A DNA stretch of 64,000 bases from Octopus vulgaris (taxonomy: Eukaryota), in contig OX597816.1 in assembly GCA_951406725.2 (NCBI GenBank), forward strand, positions 81,406,001-81,470,000, in the 5' to 3' direction. This document shows, piece after piece, positions 13,320 through 26,399 of this stretch (its first letter is position 1; each line of letters starts with the position of its first letter). A model generated the notes under the pieces. It made no database searches. It was not told the DNA's origin and saw only the letters and a list, made by a program, of their open reading frames with translations. Made by a program: the position numbers and the translations under genes.

Positions 13320-13975
13320 ATCACATTTCTGTGGAAGACATCATACACGTAATAAGCAGCTGACCGAAGATGTCGTCAAGGTACCACCTCCCAATGCAAC
13401 ACAACGTTGTCGCTAAAACAATATACAACAGTGTCCGAAAAAGACTTCCTGACATATAGAGCATTTCATTGTTATTCAATGCATACATAAACATCCACAC
13501 AGGAAATATTGGTGGAATATTCCCAAGTGAAGGCATATGGCTCAGTGGTTACAGCGTTGGGCTCACAATCATGAGGTAGTGAGTTCGATTCCCGAACCGG
13601 ATTGTGTGTTGTGTTCTTGAGCAAGACGCAAGACACTTTATTTCACGTTGCTTTAGTTCACTCAGCAGTAGAAATGCGTTGCGACGTCACTGGTGCCAAG
13701 CTGTATCGACCTTTATCTTCCCCTTGGATAACATCGGTGGCGTGGAGAGAGGACTCTGGTATGCATGGGCAACTGCTAGTCTTCCATAAACAACTTTGCC
13801 CGGGCTTGTACCTGAGAGGGGAGCTTTCTAGGGTGCAATCTTATAGTTATTCATGACCGAAGGGGGTCTTTGCCCTTTTTTTACCCTTTATTCCCAAATG
13901 TAAACACAACATGCTGAATATAGCTGTTTGGGACAGACAAGAAAATGTTTGTAACGTCACAAAGTCAGCATGCCA
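13320..13975 (+). mobile_element. R4/Dong-like family B C-terminal fragment (interrupted by a SINE)
   Basis: SVEDIIHVISS..KMSSRYHLPMQHNVVAKTIY..YWWNIP, homologous to 5480-5760 (reverse). Confidence 0.7.
13530..13888 (+). mobile_element. Full-length tRNA-derived SINE with 12-bp TSD
   Basis: A box TGGCTCAGTGG, B box GAGTTCGATTCC; flanked by TATTCCCAA(G/A)TG at 13518-13529 and 13889-13900. Confidence 0.88.
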
Positions 13976-16090
13976 GAACGTAAAGTATAATATATATACA
14001 GCATGTTTAAACCTCTTCCTCCAGGACCATTGTGAAACTAATAACATTATTACAGCATAACAAGCAGCTGGGAAGAAGGAAGTTTGGGGATGTGCCGAGC
14101 AATTGTTAATCAACAAAACTCGCGAAAGCATAGGAGGAATCTAGTTTCAATGTGGCTAGACTACAAGAAAGCCTTTGACTCCCTTCCCCACTTATGGATG
14201 CTAGAAGCCCTTCAACTTGCTAAAGTTCCAGTAAAAATAGTCAAAGCTATATCTGACCTGACTTCATCGTGGGCTACCATGTTGAAATTAAACACAAAGA
14301 GTGACTGTATTATCACCGATACAATACAGTATTGCAAAGGCATATTCCAAGGAGACAGCCTCTCTGTGATGTTGTTTATACTTTCTCTAAACCCCTTGTC
14401 GTTCATGTTAAGGAAGTCTGAAGGATATCTCACTGGTTCACAAGGAAACAGAAATACCAAAATTACACACTGTTACTTTGTAGATGCCTTAAAACTTTAT
14501 GCAAAGAATATGCATGAGATGAAAAAGAGCCTTGATCTAGTTACAACATTCTCAAAGGATGTAGGGTTGGAGTTTGGTCAGGGTAAATGTTATATGGTTG
14601 TGAAAAAGGGGAATACTATAAACCAGACTATTAACATCTCCATCAATAATTTGACTGCTTCCCCTGCATCTGACAAGGAATGTTACAGGTGTCTAGGGGT
14701 GGATGAAAATATATCTTACAATGGCACCCGTAACGAAACACGTGTCACTAAGAATATTATAACCAAATAAAGAAAATTTGGACCACAGAACACTCTGAAT
14801 TCAATAAAACAGTAGCTCACAATGTGTTTGGGCTGCTTGATTGGACACTTGATGAGATCCGAGCCATTGATGTGAAAACCCGAAAAATACTAACAATCAC
14901 ACATAATTTCCACATAAACAGTGACGTAGACCACCCCTACCTAAAACGAAAGCAAGGCGGCAAAGGCTTAACATCGATCAAAAATGCCTTTGAATGTCGC
15001 AGCATATCCCTTCGGCAACATCTTTTAACCACCGAGTGTCGAAGTGCATCCCTTGACCAAGTTTGTATACATGAAGCTGGTGACATCATAAGAGTTGAAA
15101 GGCAGCTTCTTGAGCAACACTCTTTGTCTGATAACCTAGAATACATGCCCAAAGAATTCGCACGACTCTATCGAAACGTATCATCAGCTGAAAGGATGAG
15201 CCTATATGAGCAGAAAACTATACATGGGTATGCTAGCAGAAAGCTCTGTAATGATAGTAACATCGACCATCAAAGCAGTTTATCGTGGACCAATAGCGGG
15301 ATCACTACCTCCCACTTTGAAAGGTATACGTTTACAATCCAGAGACAGGGAATATCAACCAAGTACCTGATGCACAAAAGGGATAGAGATGCAGGAAAAG
15401 CAGTAAAATGTGACAACTGATGCAGTGGATTTCACACTGAAGATATCACCCACATCATAAGCAATTATCCGAAAATATCATCACGGTGACAACCGATGAG
15501 ACATGATAGGACTCTATAATGAAATATGTCGGAAGGATAATCCCGAAGACAAAGAAATAAGAACCCACGATATGGTAGAAACCATAGCCACTCATAATAA
15601 AAAGGAATACTGGTGGAATGTACCAGTGAAAACCTCAATAAAATGTAAGCACAACAGAGCTAATATAATGATTTGGGATAAAGAGAAACTGTGCACAGTT
15701 GTGGAAATTAACTGCCCAACGGATGTTAACATAAAGCTGAAGATCAGTGAAAAAGAGAACGCCTATGTTGGACTATTGAGATATCTGCAGTAACTCTATC
15801 CAGATTACTAGTTCAGGTTTATACCTGTAATAATTGGGGGCTCGCGATATGTAACGCACTGCCTAAATACCAGTCTTGAGAAATTAGGCTTCTCAAAATC
15901 AGAAAGGAGAAAGCTAATTCAAAGACTACAGATCCAGTCCATCACTGGAACTGTAAAATTCTGTAAACCTTTCCAGAATTTATCATTTGAATATATATGA
16001 GCATATCTAAATATGCAACTATATGCATGAGAATACATACATAAAAACATACAAATGTGCACATGCATATATGCATACATACAACAAAAG
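13976..16090 (+). mobile_element. R4/Dong-like LINE family A, RT through C-terminus, degraded
   Basis: WLDYKKAFDS, GIFQGDSLS, THCYFVD(A)LKLY, RKQGGKGL, YWWNVPV..HNR..I.IWDK..VVEI (RLE domain). Confidence 0.88.
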
Positions 16091-16689
16091 TGTTGAAATC
16101 TGTCCAATATCTCAACAATTCTCTTATTGAAAGAATGTTTCATCTTTGTTTTTTGTTTTTTTTGTTTTTTTGTTGTTGTTTTGTTTTTGTTTTGTTAACT
16201 GGAGTAGTCATCCTAGCAGGTAGGTCAGTCCCTTCCAGTGCGCAGCAGTCAGTTACACCTACCCAAAATTATCTATTTTATCGATTTACAACAATATGGA
16301 TAAATATTTTGATCATGAACACAACACACATCAATTCACCATGATGCTAACAGTCACGTATCTTATTATAAACAATATAGATAAAGTAATAATTAAAAAA
16401 GTATTTTCTGTATATATTTTTCCAAACAATTTTGTTTTGTAAATTATATGATCAGTAGATTTTTGGAATAATTTTATAATTGTATATATTCGTATAGACT
16501 GAATTATTCTAACAGTGATATGACCACTGTATCTCAACTACATAAAAAAATGTTTAAGTCATTACCAAATTTTAACACAGTCGAAGTTTTTCAACATAAA
16601 AATGCACTTTTTACATGTTTTCAGATTATTTAATATTTAGAAATGCTTTTTATAAGCTACATCTCGCATTTTTAATCTCATCATAACCA

Positions 16690-16712
16690 TTTCCATGTTT
16701 TACTTTCCATAG
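16690..16712 (+). promoter_or_regulatory. Putative splice acceptor before the GPCR coding exon
   Basis: ttttactttccatAG|ataatttttgaacctgcaaca; same junction conserved at 31051-31080 (tttccacAG|gtaatttttgaacctgcaaca). Confidence 0.6.
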
Positions 16713-16769
16713 ATAATTTTTGAACCTGCAACAAGTTCATTTGTTTCCTTGAACGAAAACAAGTCGACG

Positions 16770-17837
16770 ATGAAACAGTCACAGGAAGACATTATAAACC
16801 ATGTGAACGAAGAGACAACAAGAAAATTCTTACCACTGATTATTATCCTATGCTTCATTATGCTGATGGGTGTAATTGGTAACTGCTTAGTCGTCTACAT
16901 CTTTAAGTACAAACTACCTGGCACACCGTCAAGTTTGCTTGTGGTTTACTTGGGCCTTAATCAGATTGTGGACGGCCTGATATGTGTGCCAATGGATATT
17001 TTTCTTCTTTCTCATTCGTATAATTTCCCAGATGATATTCTTTGTCGTTTTATACAAACTTTCATTTTCTCATCGTCTACTATGTCAGGATTGATAATAG
17101 TTGCAATAGCTGTGGATTGCTTTAAAAAGATTTGTCGGCCATTGAAGCGACAGTTTACAAAACAAGATATCCATAGAATTATCGTCTTAATCTTTGTAAT
17201 ATTAATTCTGATTGTGCCCGCACACATGTTCGTAATGGGAGTCAGGGAAGTTCGCACATTCCGTGGAAATGTAACAGGTACTAATTGCTCAATTTCCGAT
17301 AAGAATTCTCCAGCCGTTCCACTCGCTTATTCTGTCTTTCTATTACTTGTGTTTTTGGTGTTAATCATAGTGTTCATTGTAATCTACACTATGGCCTTTA
17401 AGAAACTGAAGACATACAATATAAAAAGGAAATTTTTGTTCGGTAGACTATCAAGAGACAATTCGTCGAAAGAAGAATTTTCAGAATCGGATAAACAATA
17501 TTCCGCGTCAGAAACTAGTTCACAAGTTCGATATCGTAAAAACTATTATGATATAACCCGTATCACACTGAATATGTTTTGTATAACTCTTTCATGGTGT
17601 CTTAGTTTTCTCCCTCATTCTACACTAACTTTCTTAGTTGCAGAAATTATTTTCATAAGACAGTTTATGGCTCCATCAGGAAATTCTTTGGTAAACACTA
17701 GTTTGAATTCTTATTATGTAAACACTATAACCATTCCAATACTTTACATAATCTTCAACCCACTTTTCAGGGAGGAAACTGTGAAATTCTTTAAAAAATA
17801 TGTTTTGTGCAACAGATTTAATAAACCAGAAGAATAA
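16770..17837 (+). CDS. Class A (rhodopsin-like) orphan GPCR, paralogue 1, about 355 aa, single coding exon
   Basis: Seven hydrophobic segments; TM1 GN, C3.25 (LCRF), AIAVDCFKKICRP (DRY-like), ECL2 Cys, SFLP in TM6, IPILY..FNPLFR in TM7/H8; first ATG at 16770 in tcgacgATG context shared with paralogue 3. Confidence 0.9.
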   Translation: MKQSQEDIINHVNEETTRKFLPLIIILCFIMLMGVIGNCLVVYIFKYKLPGTPSSLLVVYLGLNQIVDGLICVPMDIFLLSHSYNFPDDILCRFIQTFIFSSSTMSGLIIVAIAVDCFKKICRPLKRQFTKQDIHRIIVLIFVILILIVPAHMFVMGVREVRTFRGNVTGTNCSISDKNSPAVPLAYSVFLLLVFLVLIIVFIVIYTMAFKKLKTYNIKRKFLFGRLSRDNSSKEEFSESDKQYSASETSSQVRYRKNYYDITRITLNMFCITLSWCLSFLPHSTLTFLVAEIIFIRQFMAPSGNSLVNTSLNSYYVNTITIPILYIIFNPLFREETVKFFKKYVLCNRFNKPEE

Positions 17838-18399
17838 AAATAATGTCTGATTTTTGTTATGTAGCTCTAGATCAGCCTTCATCGAGTCTACCTGGGGTTA
17901 ATGGTTGACAGATGGGTGCAATCCACAGATCCATTGTTTCAGATATACCAAACCTCTGTCTAGTTGAGGATCATATTGTGTATTCGTTCATAAAGGGTTT
18001 TATCTTATAGGGCGTTATCTAGTTACCCTATACTATCTATTTTTCCAGTATACCTTTAAGTTCTTATACTTTACAAAGTTAAAGCAAACAATGTAAACAG
18101 GTCGGAGCGAGGTAGTTTATGTTCCTTTGCACTTATTGTTAACAATGTATATACCAGTGTATCTGGACCAATGAAATATTTTTCAGTTATGTCTGTGTAT
18201 ATGTGTTAATGCGTTTATGTTTGGTTTAAATGAGTAGGAGGAAGTTAAATTTGGGTGGTATTGTATTAGTACCCTGAATTTTGTGGATTTATATTGGTAT
18301 TTGATGATTGCACATTCAGGGACAGGGATAGGATTCAACTGAGTAATATTTAAAATATTTTGAATATTGATTGGACTTTCTCGTCACTACGACGAATGG

Positions 18400-21300
18400 G
18401 AGTCCAGCAAGACCCAGCTACACAGTATTCTAAGTTCGAAGTTTTGTTGTATCCTACTATGTGAGAATTCAGACTTGTTTAGGATTTGCAGTCGTGATGC
18501 CCGTCATTTGGGGTTAGACTTGACCCGGCTCTACGCTAGGCTCTTTTCTTCTACCAGGTGTTACTTCTAGCTACCTCAAACTCAGAGATGACTAGGTAGC
18601 AAGAGTTTCTCTGCTGGGATCTATTCAGTGCTTCCGATTCTTATGTCTTCGTGTTTATCTTGCAGGTTTTTAGGTAGCTCCTCAGAGTATTCTTATAATG
18701 AAGTCGTGGGCGATCTTGATCTCTAGCACTAGAACTAAGCTGGCCAAAGAAAGGAACTTTGGGTAAGCGTCTTCCAAGCGTACCACATGGCCAACCCACT
18801 TCAGTTGCGTTTTGATAAGGAAACTTTCTATTCTCAAAATCCTCTGTGTTTAGGTCTTTGTCCAATTACTTTATGTTGCTAAGTGAATGAAGGTGGCGGA
18901 GATTTGATGAGTTCAGCCTTTTAACATGGCGCCCATAGAGGGTCTATGTTTCACAGCTATATAGGAGAGCAGTAAGCACTCCTGGCTTCATCACTTTGAT
19001 CTTTGTGACCAGGCAGAAGCCATGATCTAGCCTCAATCTGTTCTGGAGTCTACCGAAATATGAGTTTGCCTTAGACAATCGCTGGATGGTTTCTTCGTCC
19101 AGCTTGACATTGTTTTACAGAATGCTTGCCAGGTAGTGGAATTTCGGCACAGTAATTAAAGGGTATTGTCTCCCATAGCAATAGGATCTTGTTTTGGAAG
19201 TCCAGATGCTGGCTGATGCAAGACCTCAGTCTTCCTCAGGTTGACATTTTGCCCGAAGAATTTGGCAACATTAGCAAAACAGTCGAGCAATGTTTGATGT
19301 TCTATAGAGAGAGTGTTATCAGAGCACAAGCATCTCCAAATAGAAACTCCCTCGGAAGACGTTCTTTGACTTTGATGCTGGCTCTAAGACATTGTAAGTT
19401 GAGAATGTTGCCATTGTCCTAAACTGGATATGCACACCTTCGTCAGCATCTCTGAATGTGACTTGAAGCGTGGCTGAGAAGTAGATTACAATCAAAGCAG
19501 GAGCCATTACACAGTCGTGCTTGGTTGCATGCTTTACATGAAATGGACAAGAAATTGAACTACCCACCATCACAGAAGCTATTATATTATTGTAGAATGA
19601 CTTTATTACTGTGACAACCTTTTTTCTGCACACAAGCTTGTGCAGGACTTTCCGGAGTGCATCACGGTTTATCAAATCAAATATTTTTGTTTAATCAACA
19701 AGACTGTGTACGTGTCCTAGTTCTGCTCTCTGGCCTTCTCCTGAACCTGTCATAGTGTAAATTCTTCTTCTACCATGAAGAAAACCGTGATGCGGGTTAC
19801 ACAGTGTTCACAGCGTGAATAATGATCCTGTTAAGCAAGACTGGCGAGTACTTTCCCGGCAGTGGATAAGTATGACATGGCCCGATGGTTGCCGCAACAG
19901 TACACGTTGCTTTTTCGCTTGTGTAAATGTACTAAGGAATCATTGTCCCGGAAATGTTTGTAAACCTTGCCTGGTGTGCTGTCAGAGCCTGCTGACTTCG
20001 CGAACAGCTGTTTTATAGCTTTTTGCAATTCTGACGGGGATGGCTCCAAGTCAAGCTGATCCAAAACAGAGTGTTGTGGGAGGGAATCAATGTTGTCATT
20101 CATTACTGTTGACATCAGGTTTAGGACTGTGCTGCAGTGCTCTTCCCAATGAAAGAAATGTTATTATTGTTTGTAAGTAACTGGGTACCATCTGATATGA
20201 GAACTCGTACATTTCTACGGAACTTGGGTGACACAGATTACCTTGAGACCATCATAGTAGGTCTGCATGTCATGTTTGTCAGCAGCTATCAACAGTTCAC
20301 ATGACATTTTCACATAAGATGTTCTTAATGCCTCTAAGTTTGGTTTGTAGGGCGTGTTTCGCCTGTTGATGATACCTGGCCTTAATTCTTGCTGATGATT
20401 TGACTGAGATGTCAAATCCCTGGTATTTTCTCATCAAACTAGTTTTGATTTTTATGCTTGGTTAAACCAAAAACCTCAGTCACTGTCACATTTTAAGTTG
20501 CTTTAGACTCCCCCAGTATTTTTCATTACACAAAGTGCCATCTAATACGCTGTCCAAAGCTTTGCCCACAATCTACCCTAGTTCAGTGCACGTTGCTTGT
20601 TCCTTGAGTGCAGATATATTGAGCCTCTTCACAGATGTGGCTGTGTATCTAAGTTGCTTGTTCGTAAGCTTTATGTATATGACACTCCTAACAAGCCCGT
20701 GATTTGACCAGCAATTTGCACTTCTATGTGATCTAGTACTGTAAACATCCTTTTGATCACTCTGCCGTACAATCGCATAGTCTATTAGATGCCAATATTT
20801 TGATCTATGGTGCATCCAGGTTCATTTGTGGTTGTTGGAAGATTATTTTAGTAATTGTTAGTTTGAACTCTCATCATTTTATCTGATGGAGTGACAATTA
20901 GAGTTCTACTTTACAATTCCTTGCTTCCATAGTACTCTCTTCTATGTACTCACCCTTACCAACTCCTCTAAGTACTCTACTCAAGTCATCATAGAAGGCT
21001 TCTTTGAATGGTTAGGGCATAGGCACTTCTGATAGTAGCATGCTAGTTAATTGTTAATTCCGAGTGCAACATTATGAGACAGTCATTGACTTCTTTTGGC
21101 AGTGAGATGAGATTGTTAACCGGCTGAACTCGTATGGTAAAACCTTCACCTGCTTGTTCGGGATCCTCTTTGGAATTACCAATTCAAAGGAAGATATAAC
21201 CATCACCGACCTCCTCCAACTGCGCCTCCTCTGTAAATCTTTCTTCACTCCGTACAGCAATGACAATACTGTACCAACTCATTTCTGGCTATTGGACCAG

Positions 21301-21760
21301 TCATGCGCTCTGGTCTGTGTCCCAACGTTCTATGAGCCACAAATCAATCTCCTAGTTTTTGAGTTGTGTCAAAATTTACAAGTTTTCCTGGTTCTTCGAC
21401 TGCATTATTGAGTGACCACACAAGATTTATAGCCTGGCAAGTTCAGGTGCAGCAGGCTTTGTTTATGGTTCCTTTTCAGTTGACTGTCTCCGGATTGGGG
21501 AGAGCAGTGCAGCCATTTAAATAAGCCTGCTCTGTCACCTAAGGAGGATACGAAATCCTCATCAGCTCTAGGTGGAAAACAACTATACCATCACTTTGTG
21601 ACCTTCTGCGTGCAAGGTCAAAGCTCTAGACTTCCAGTTGCATCCTCTGCCTCTTCGTTGCCACTTTCCCTATCGCCACTGGGCTTAGGAAGAAAGTATG
21701 ACGGTATTAGTGCTGGTGTCTTGGTTTGCTGAACTTGCATGATGAGTATATTATAGCTGT
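18400..21760 (-). mobile_element. Near full-length degraded RTE LINE (5' UTR, APE endonuclease, RT)
   Basis: HHRSKYWHLIDYAIVR..DV.STRS..SANCWSNH (EN), KHDCVMAPAL (RT), RPRLHYKNTLRSYLK C-terminus; many stops. Confidence 0.82.
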
Positions 21761-22924
21761 CATAGTTTGTGCGGAGCTAGTCCCACTCTCTCGTCATTCA
21801 AGCTTATATTAGTCTGGTGAAACAAGTGCTACGAGTGTAGTAGTAATCAGGATGCGGGGTTTGTATGCTATTACCTTCTAAAGAACTGGCTTTAAACTGA
21901 ATTCAATAGTGTGACCCTGGTCCGGGAATTCCTGGATTTTGAGGAGTGTGGTACCACTCTCAGCCACTATTTTTCTCAGTACTTTTTTCTGGTATTGAAA
22001 TTGCCTCCTGGAGACGGTCATTCACAAATTTTGTATATAAGTATGAATTTATGCATGTGTCATAGGTTTGTATCTGTGTTTCGTGTGTATGTATCTGCAT
22101 TTGCATGTTTGTGTTCATCCGTGTATCTGTCTATGCATTTCTCACTTTGTAAATATAATGTGAGTGTGTGTGTGTGTGTATGTGTGTCTGTGTGTGTGCG
22201 TGTGTGCATGCGTGTGGTAGCTTTCAGTGCAACTGGTAATGTCTAATCAAGTACAACCTTGTCATAGGCGAGTAAGACAGCACCTCGTCAGACTAGCTTG
22301 GTGAAGAACGTAGCTAGAAACCCAGCAGAATAAAAACAAAACTTGGCAAAAGGAAAGATGACTAGCATACGGTCAACGGCTATCTTGCAATAGATATACT
22401 AGAGGCGGTGAACAAATATGGTGTAAGACTTGACAGAACGTCTGTCTAGAAAAGCAGTTAGATCTCCTTAGCCGTAGAAGGAGTGACCTATTTACCCTAC
22501 CCTGTTATACTATGGATAAGTCCAGGAAAACAAACACTATAAAAGTACATCTCGAAAAAACTTTAGCGGTCATATTTAGGTGGATTTTATCAGAATGGAT
22601 TTTTAGTAACCTCTTGCAGCTGGGAAAAGGTACCAGTCGTCTTGTCTTACCTGGCACTGAGAATTGAAAACAGTAAATAAGTAAATATAAATTTAGCCGT
22701 AATCTCCAGCAATATGGATAAAGAATTTTTGGTCTAATCCGTAGGCCTTGTCGTTGTGATGTTTTGGCTAGCAGGGTCATCCACTCCTCCGTTGTTTTCT
22801 CACTTGTGAATGCACGTTGCTGGCTGTTCTATTGACATTAGCAGCTGCGATTACCTGGTCGCCTGCGCGGGTACGTACTCTGTTATTGCGGCTTTTAAAG
22901 CCGTGCAGTCATAAAAGTATCTAC

Positions 22925-23350
22925 GGATCTTTTCGGTTTGAACAGCAGTTTTTTCTAGCGGTGTCATAGGAAATTGTCACCCATAATTATGACCGTAGTA
23001 TCGATCTATTGCATTTCAATCTGTTTTAGGATTAGGGTTAGTTAGGGTTAGGGGTGGGGAGAGGGTATCTCTTTTTCTTCAGAAATGTAAATAAACCCAA
23101 ACTGTTTCTTAAACGAGGGACATATTCATACGGCACAGAATGTTTTCACCTCATTAGACGTCACTGATTGGTTGAAATTGCAGAAATTGAAGAGAAAAAA
23201 AAACAAATATCTTACAAACTATAGAATTTTCTCAATAAAGCCAAGAGAAAAAGATGCTTTATAAACACATTCTACCAGTATACGAAGTTTAAAAGTGTTT
23301 AGTTACGTGGAAATTATTTCTAAAAACTGCCGTTCAAACCAAAAAGATCC
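22925..23350. mobile_element. MITE with 29-bp TIRs starting GG and an 8-bp TSD (Merlin- or hAT-type)
   Basis: GGATCTTTTCGGTTTGAACAGCAGTTTTT / revcomp GGATCTTTTTGGTTTGAACGGCAGTTTTT; GTATCTAC duplicated at 22917-22924 and 23351-23358. Confidence 0.9.
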
Positions 23351-23586
23351 GTATCTACACTTGAACAAGAGGACGGTTATCATTGAATTCGCTGGACAAA
23401 CTTAAGCAAATGTGTATGCGTCTTTGTATATGTATGTATGTGTGCGTAGGTGCCTGCGTGTGTGTGGTGGGATATGTGCATGTGCGTGTATGCGTGTGTG
23501 TGTGCGTGTGCACGTCCGTATGTGAGTGGGCATGTGCATGTGTGTGTATATGTATGTGAAAGCGGAAATGTACGACAGTGTATGCC

Positions 23587-23588
<2 letters not shown>

Positions 23589-23673
<85 letters not shown>
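23589..23673. repeat. (TG)n microsatellite
   Basis: Direct observation. Confidence 0.95.
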
Positions 23674-23676
<3 letters not shown>

Positions 23677-25018
23677 TATAAATTACTTCTCTGAGATATT
23701 TATAAACGTGATGTCAGTACAACTTGGGAACTAAGGGAGAATACTGGTAAAGGGAGATAACCAAGTGCTTACACAAGGGAAATAATTTCAGTAACTAACT
23801 TGCAAAATTATATATACAGTAAGTACATCGTAACGGATCGAAAATAAATTATATCCCACCACCTTTTTGATGAAGTCATACAACTATACAATTCTGAAGG
23901 GTACACAGATAAGCCTTTTCTTCTCAATGTCAAAAATATTTCATTGCAGAATTATAGTATTCAATAGCGTGTTTTGATACAGAAGCGCAATAAACAGTGG
24001 TATTGAAATTACTCAGACAAGTTTAACATAAACTATCTTAAACAACTCTTAATATAACGAAGAATGGGATGATAAACGAGAAAATAAGATATAGAATTGA
24101 TTCTGAAATAAACGATTTAAAAAAAAAACATTTAATATGAATGAAACGATAGATAATAAATAAGCAAATAAATAAAATATCGTTCTTCTATGTATCATTA
24201 GGGATTTAGTCTTAACTGCTTGTCTAGTATTTTAGAACTGGATGACATAGTTTAAAAGAAGGAAATACGACTGCATCTTGGGAACTGTGTCTGTATTGAA
24301 TTTTGTAGTTGTTACATCTATCATCATCCTTATCATCATCACCATCAACAGAGAACATGAATGTCCGGATGGATAGAGTAAGGGACAGCCAACAGATGAT
24401 ATTCTATACTCAACATTACACGCTATCTGCAGCCAGAATGTTGTACCGTCGACTCCCCCAGATCACTTATCTGTAAACAGCTACTGCAGAACGGAAACAA
24501 GTCGCAAGTTCGAGCAGTAACCTCTTTGTGCATTCGAAAAGTGATTTGTGAGATTGTTGTGCCGAGTTTATTTCCTCCCGTGGGCAAATGTATTATAGAC
24601 CAGTATTTTATGCAAAGGGATATTTATTTATTTCTCATCTACTGAACACTATAAAGGCTGGAAATAAGCAGCAAGAATTGTAAATCATTGTTTTCAAATC
24701 CCACCGAGATAAATTTTACCAGAGTCAATAAAGTATTAGTTAAATGCTGGGGTCCATTTAATCGACTAATCCTCCCTTCTGGAAGTTCAGGCCATTTTTC
24801 CTATGTTGTAAACGATTATATGTTAAATAACTCACAGGAATATGGAGTAATCACATGAAATCTCTCAGGCATGAACTGAATCTACTTTATATATCCAACT
24901 GGTCAGCAAAGTATTTTATGACACTCCCACTTGCTGCTTTAGATAAAGAAAAACGCAAATAAATCTAAGTAAACTTACAAGAGGGTTTATCACAAAAAAT
25001 GTCTTGGTTTAAAACTAT

Positions 25019-25410
25019 ACTAGCAGTATCGCCCGGCGTTGCTCGGGTTTGTTTCGACCCTTTAGAATTGGAATTTTTGAAAAGTAAAAATTTTGCATTA
25101 TGTAGCTTGTTATTTTCTTTAAGTGAACATTTTTCTGGTTGAAATACACCGAAAAATGGCGACACAGCAGTCAAAAAATCGTAAAAAATAGGGATTTTCA
25201 TAGAAAAAAAGCACCTTTTTGGTTTAAATAATTTTTGGTGTTAACATGGTCCGATTTGAATTTTTTTCTTCTACGGAAGGAAGAGCAAGCCTTCTATCAT
25301 ACTCTCAATTTTGGTCAACTTGCGCCGCAGGGTCTCGGAAGAGATAGTGTTAGTTGAAGGCTACAAAACCTACCATACACAGACAACTTCAGCTTTATAT
25401 AGAGAGAGAT
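25019..25410 (+). mobile_element. Non-autonomous Helitron/Helentron-like (HINE/Lep1-type) element
   Basis: Starts ACTAGCAGTATCGCCCGGCGTTGCTCGGGTTTGT (identical to 50341) with a CCCGG..CTCGGG hairpin; ends ...caacttcagctttatatagagagagat. Confidence 0.6.
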
Positions 25411-26399
25411 AAATCCTAGATGTGTTTATATTCACGCCTGTAAATTGTTGTAGGAAAGAGCAATAAAACATAAGCACTAAGAAACGGTACGCAAAAATAT
25501 TCAAACATGATGCAAATTAGCGATTAATATTTCCTCACCAAGACATCAGATAAATAAATAGGAAGGAAAAGGACTGCTCAGTACATAAAAACCAGGAAGA
25601 ATGGCAACCCTACTCCAAAGTAAGCTAAAAAAAAGTGGGGGTTCCAAAAGACATAACAGAAAAGGAAGCAATATGGAGACAGATGTGCCCATATGTATCG
25701 ATGAAAAGAAAAATAGCCATACAAGTATGCTACCCAGAAGAATATCTATTATAGCCGCTCAATATGAGGTGGTTGGCAACTGAGATGACAGTGAACCCGA
25801 GATAGACTAACAATGAGTGTTAGACGCTGAATGTATAGTGGTTTTGATTTAGTTGAAGGAGTATTTAGAAATTGTTAGTTGAGATCAAATCCGCAGAACT
25901 ACTTGAATTCCAAAATAAAAATGTAGAAGCTAAGCTACTCACCTCAAGAGAACATCCAACATATCCCAATCTCATTCAAGTGAGTGTATCCGATAAGAAT
26001 TGTGGAGGATCAGATGTCGTACATAAAGCAACACCAGCCACCAGAAAACTTTATGCTCTCAAGTAAATTAGCTTTTCATCCTCTTGCTATCAACCCCACA
26101 ATTGCATCAATAACATCAGCCACAGATGCAGAAGATGCAGCAAGTAGAGCAACAAGAAAAAAAAACAAACAACACTAACAGTGAGTGCCATCATCATTGA
26201 AATAAGAGATAACACACAGACGTGAACTCTCCCAAAATGCAATATCAACAAAACAAACTTACACACTCATGCAGCAACTAGCCCCTTTCCTTCTCCTCTT
26301 CCTCCTCCCACTACTACTACTTCCACTTTTCATTAACTGATGAGAAAAATGTGTTTAGAGGAATGTGTGGCGTCATTATGAAGGACAAGAAGCAAGCAA

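Noticed and set aside
21543-21565. CTGATGA-GGA..TCC on the minus strand, a possible hammerhead
   Set aside because: No GAAA or cleavage triplet follows stem II; it lies in an RTE 5' UTR.
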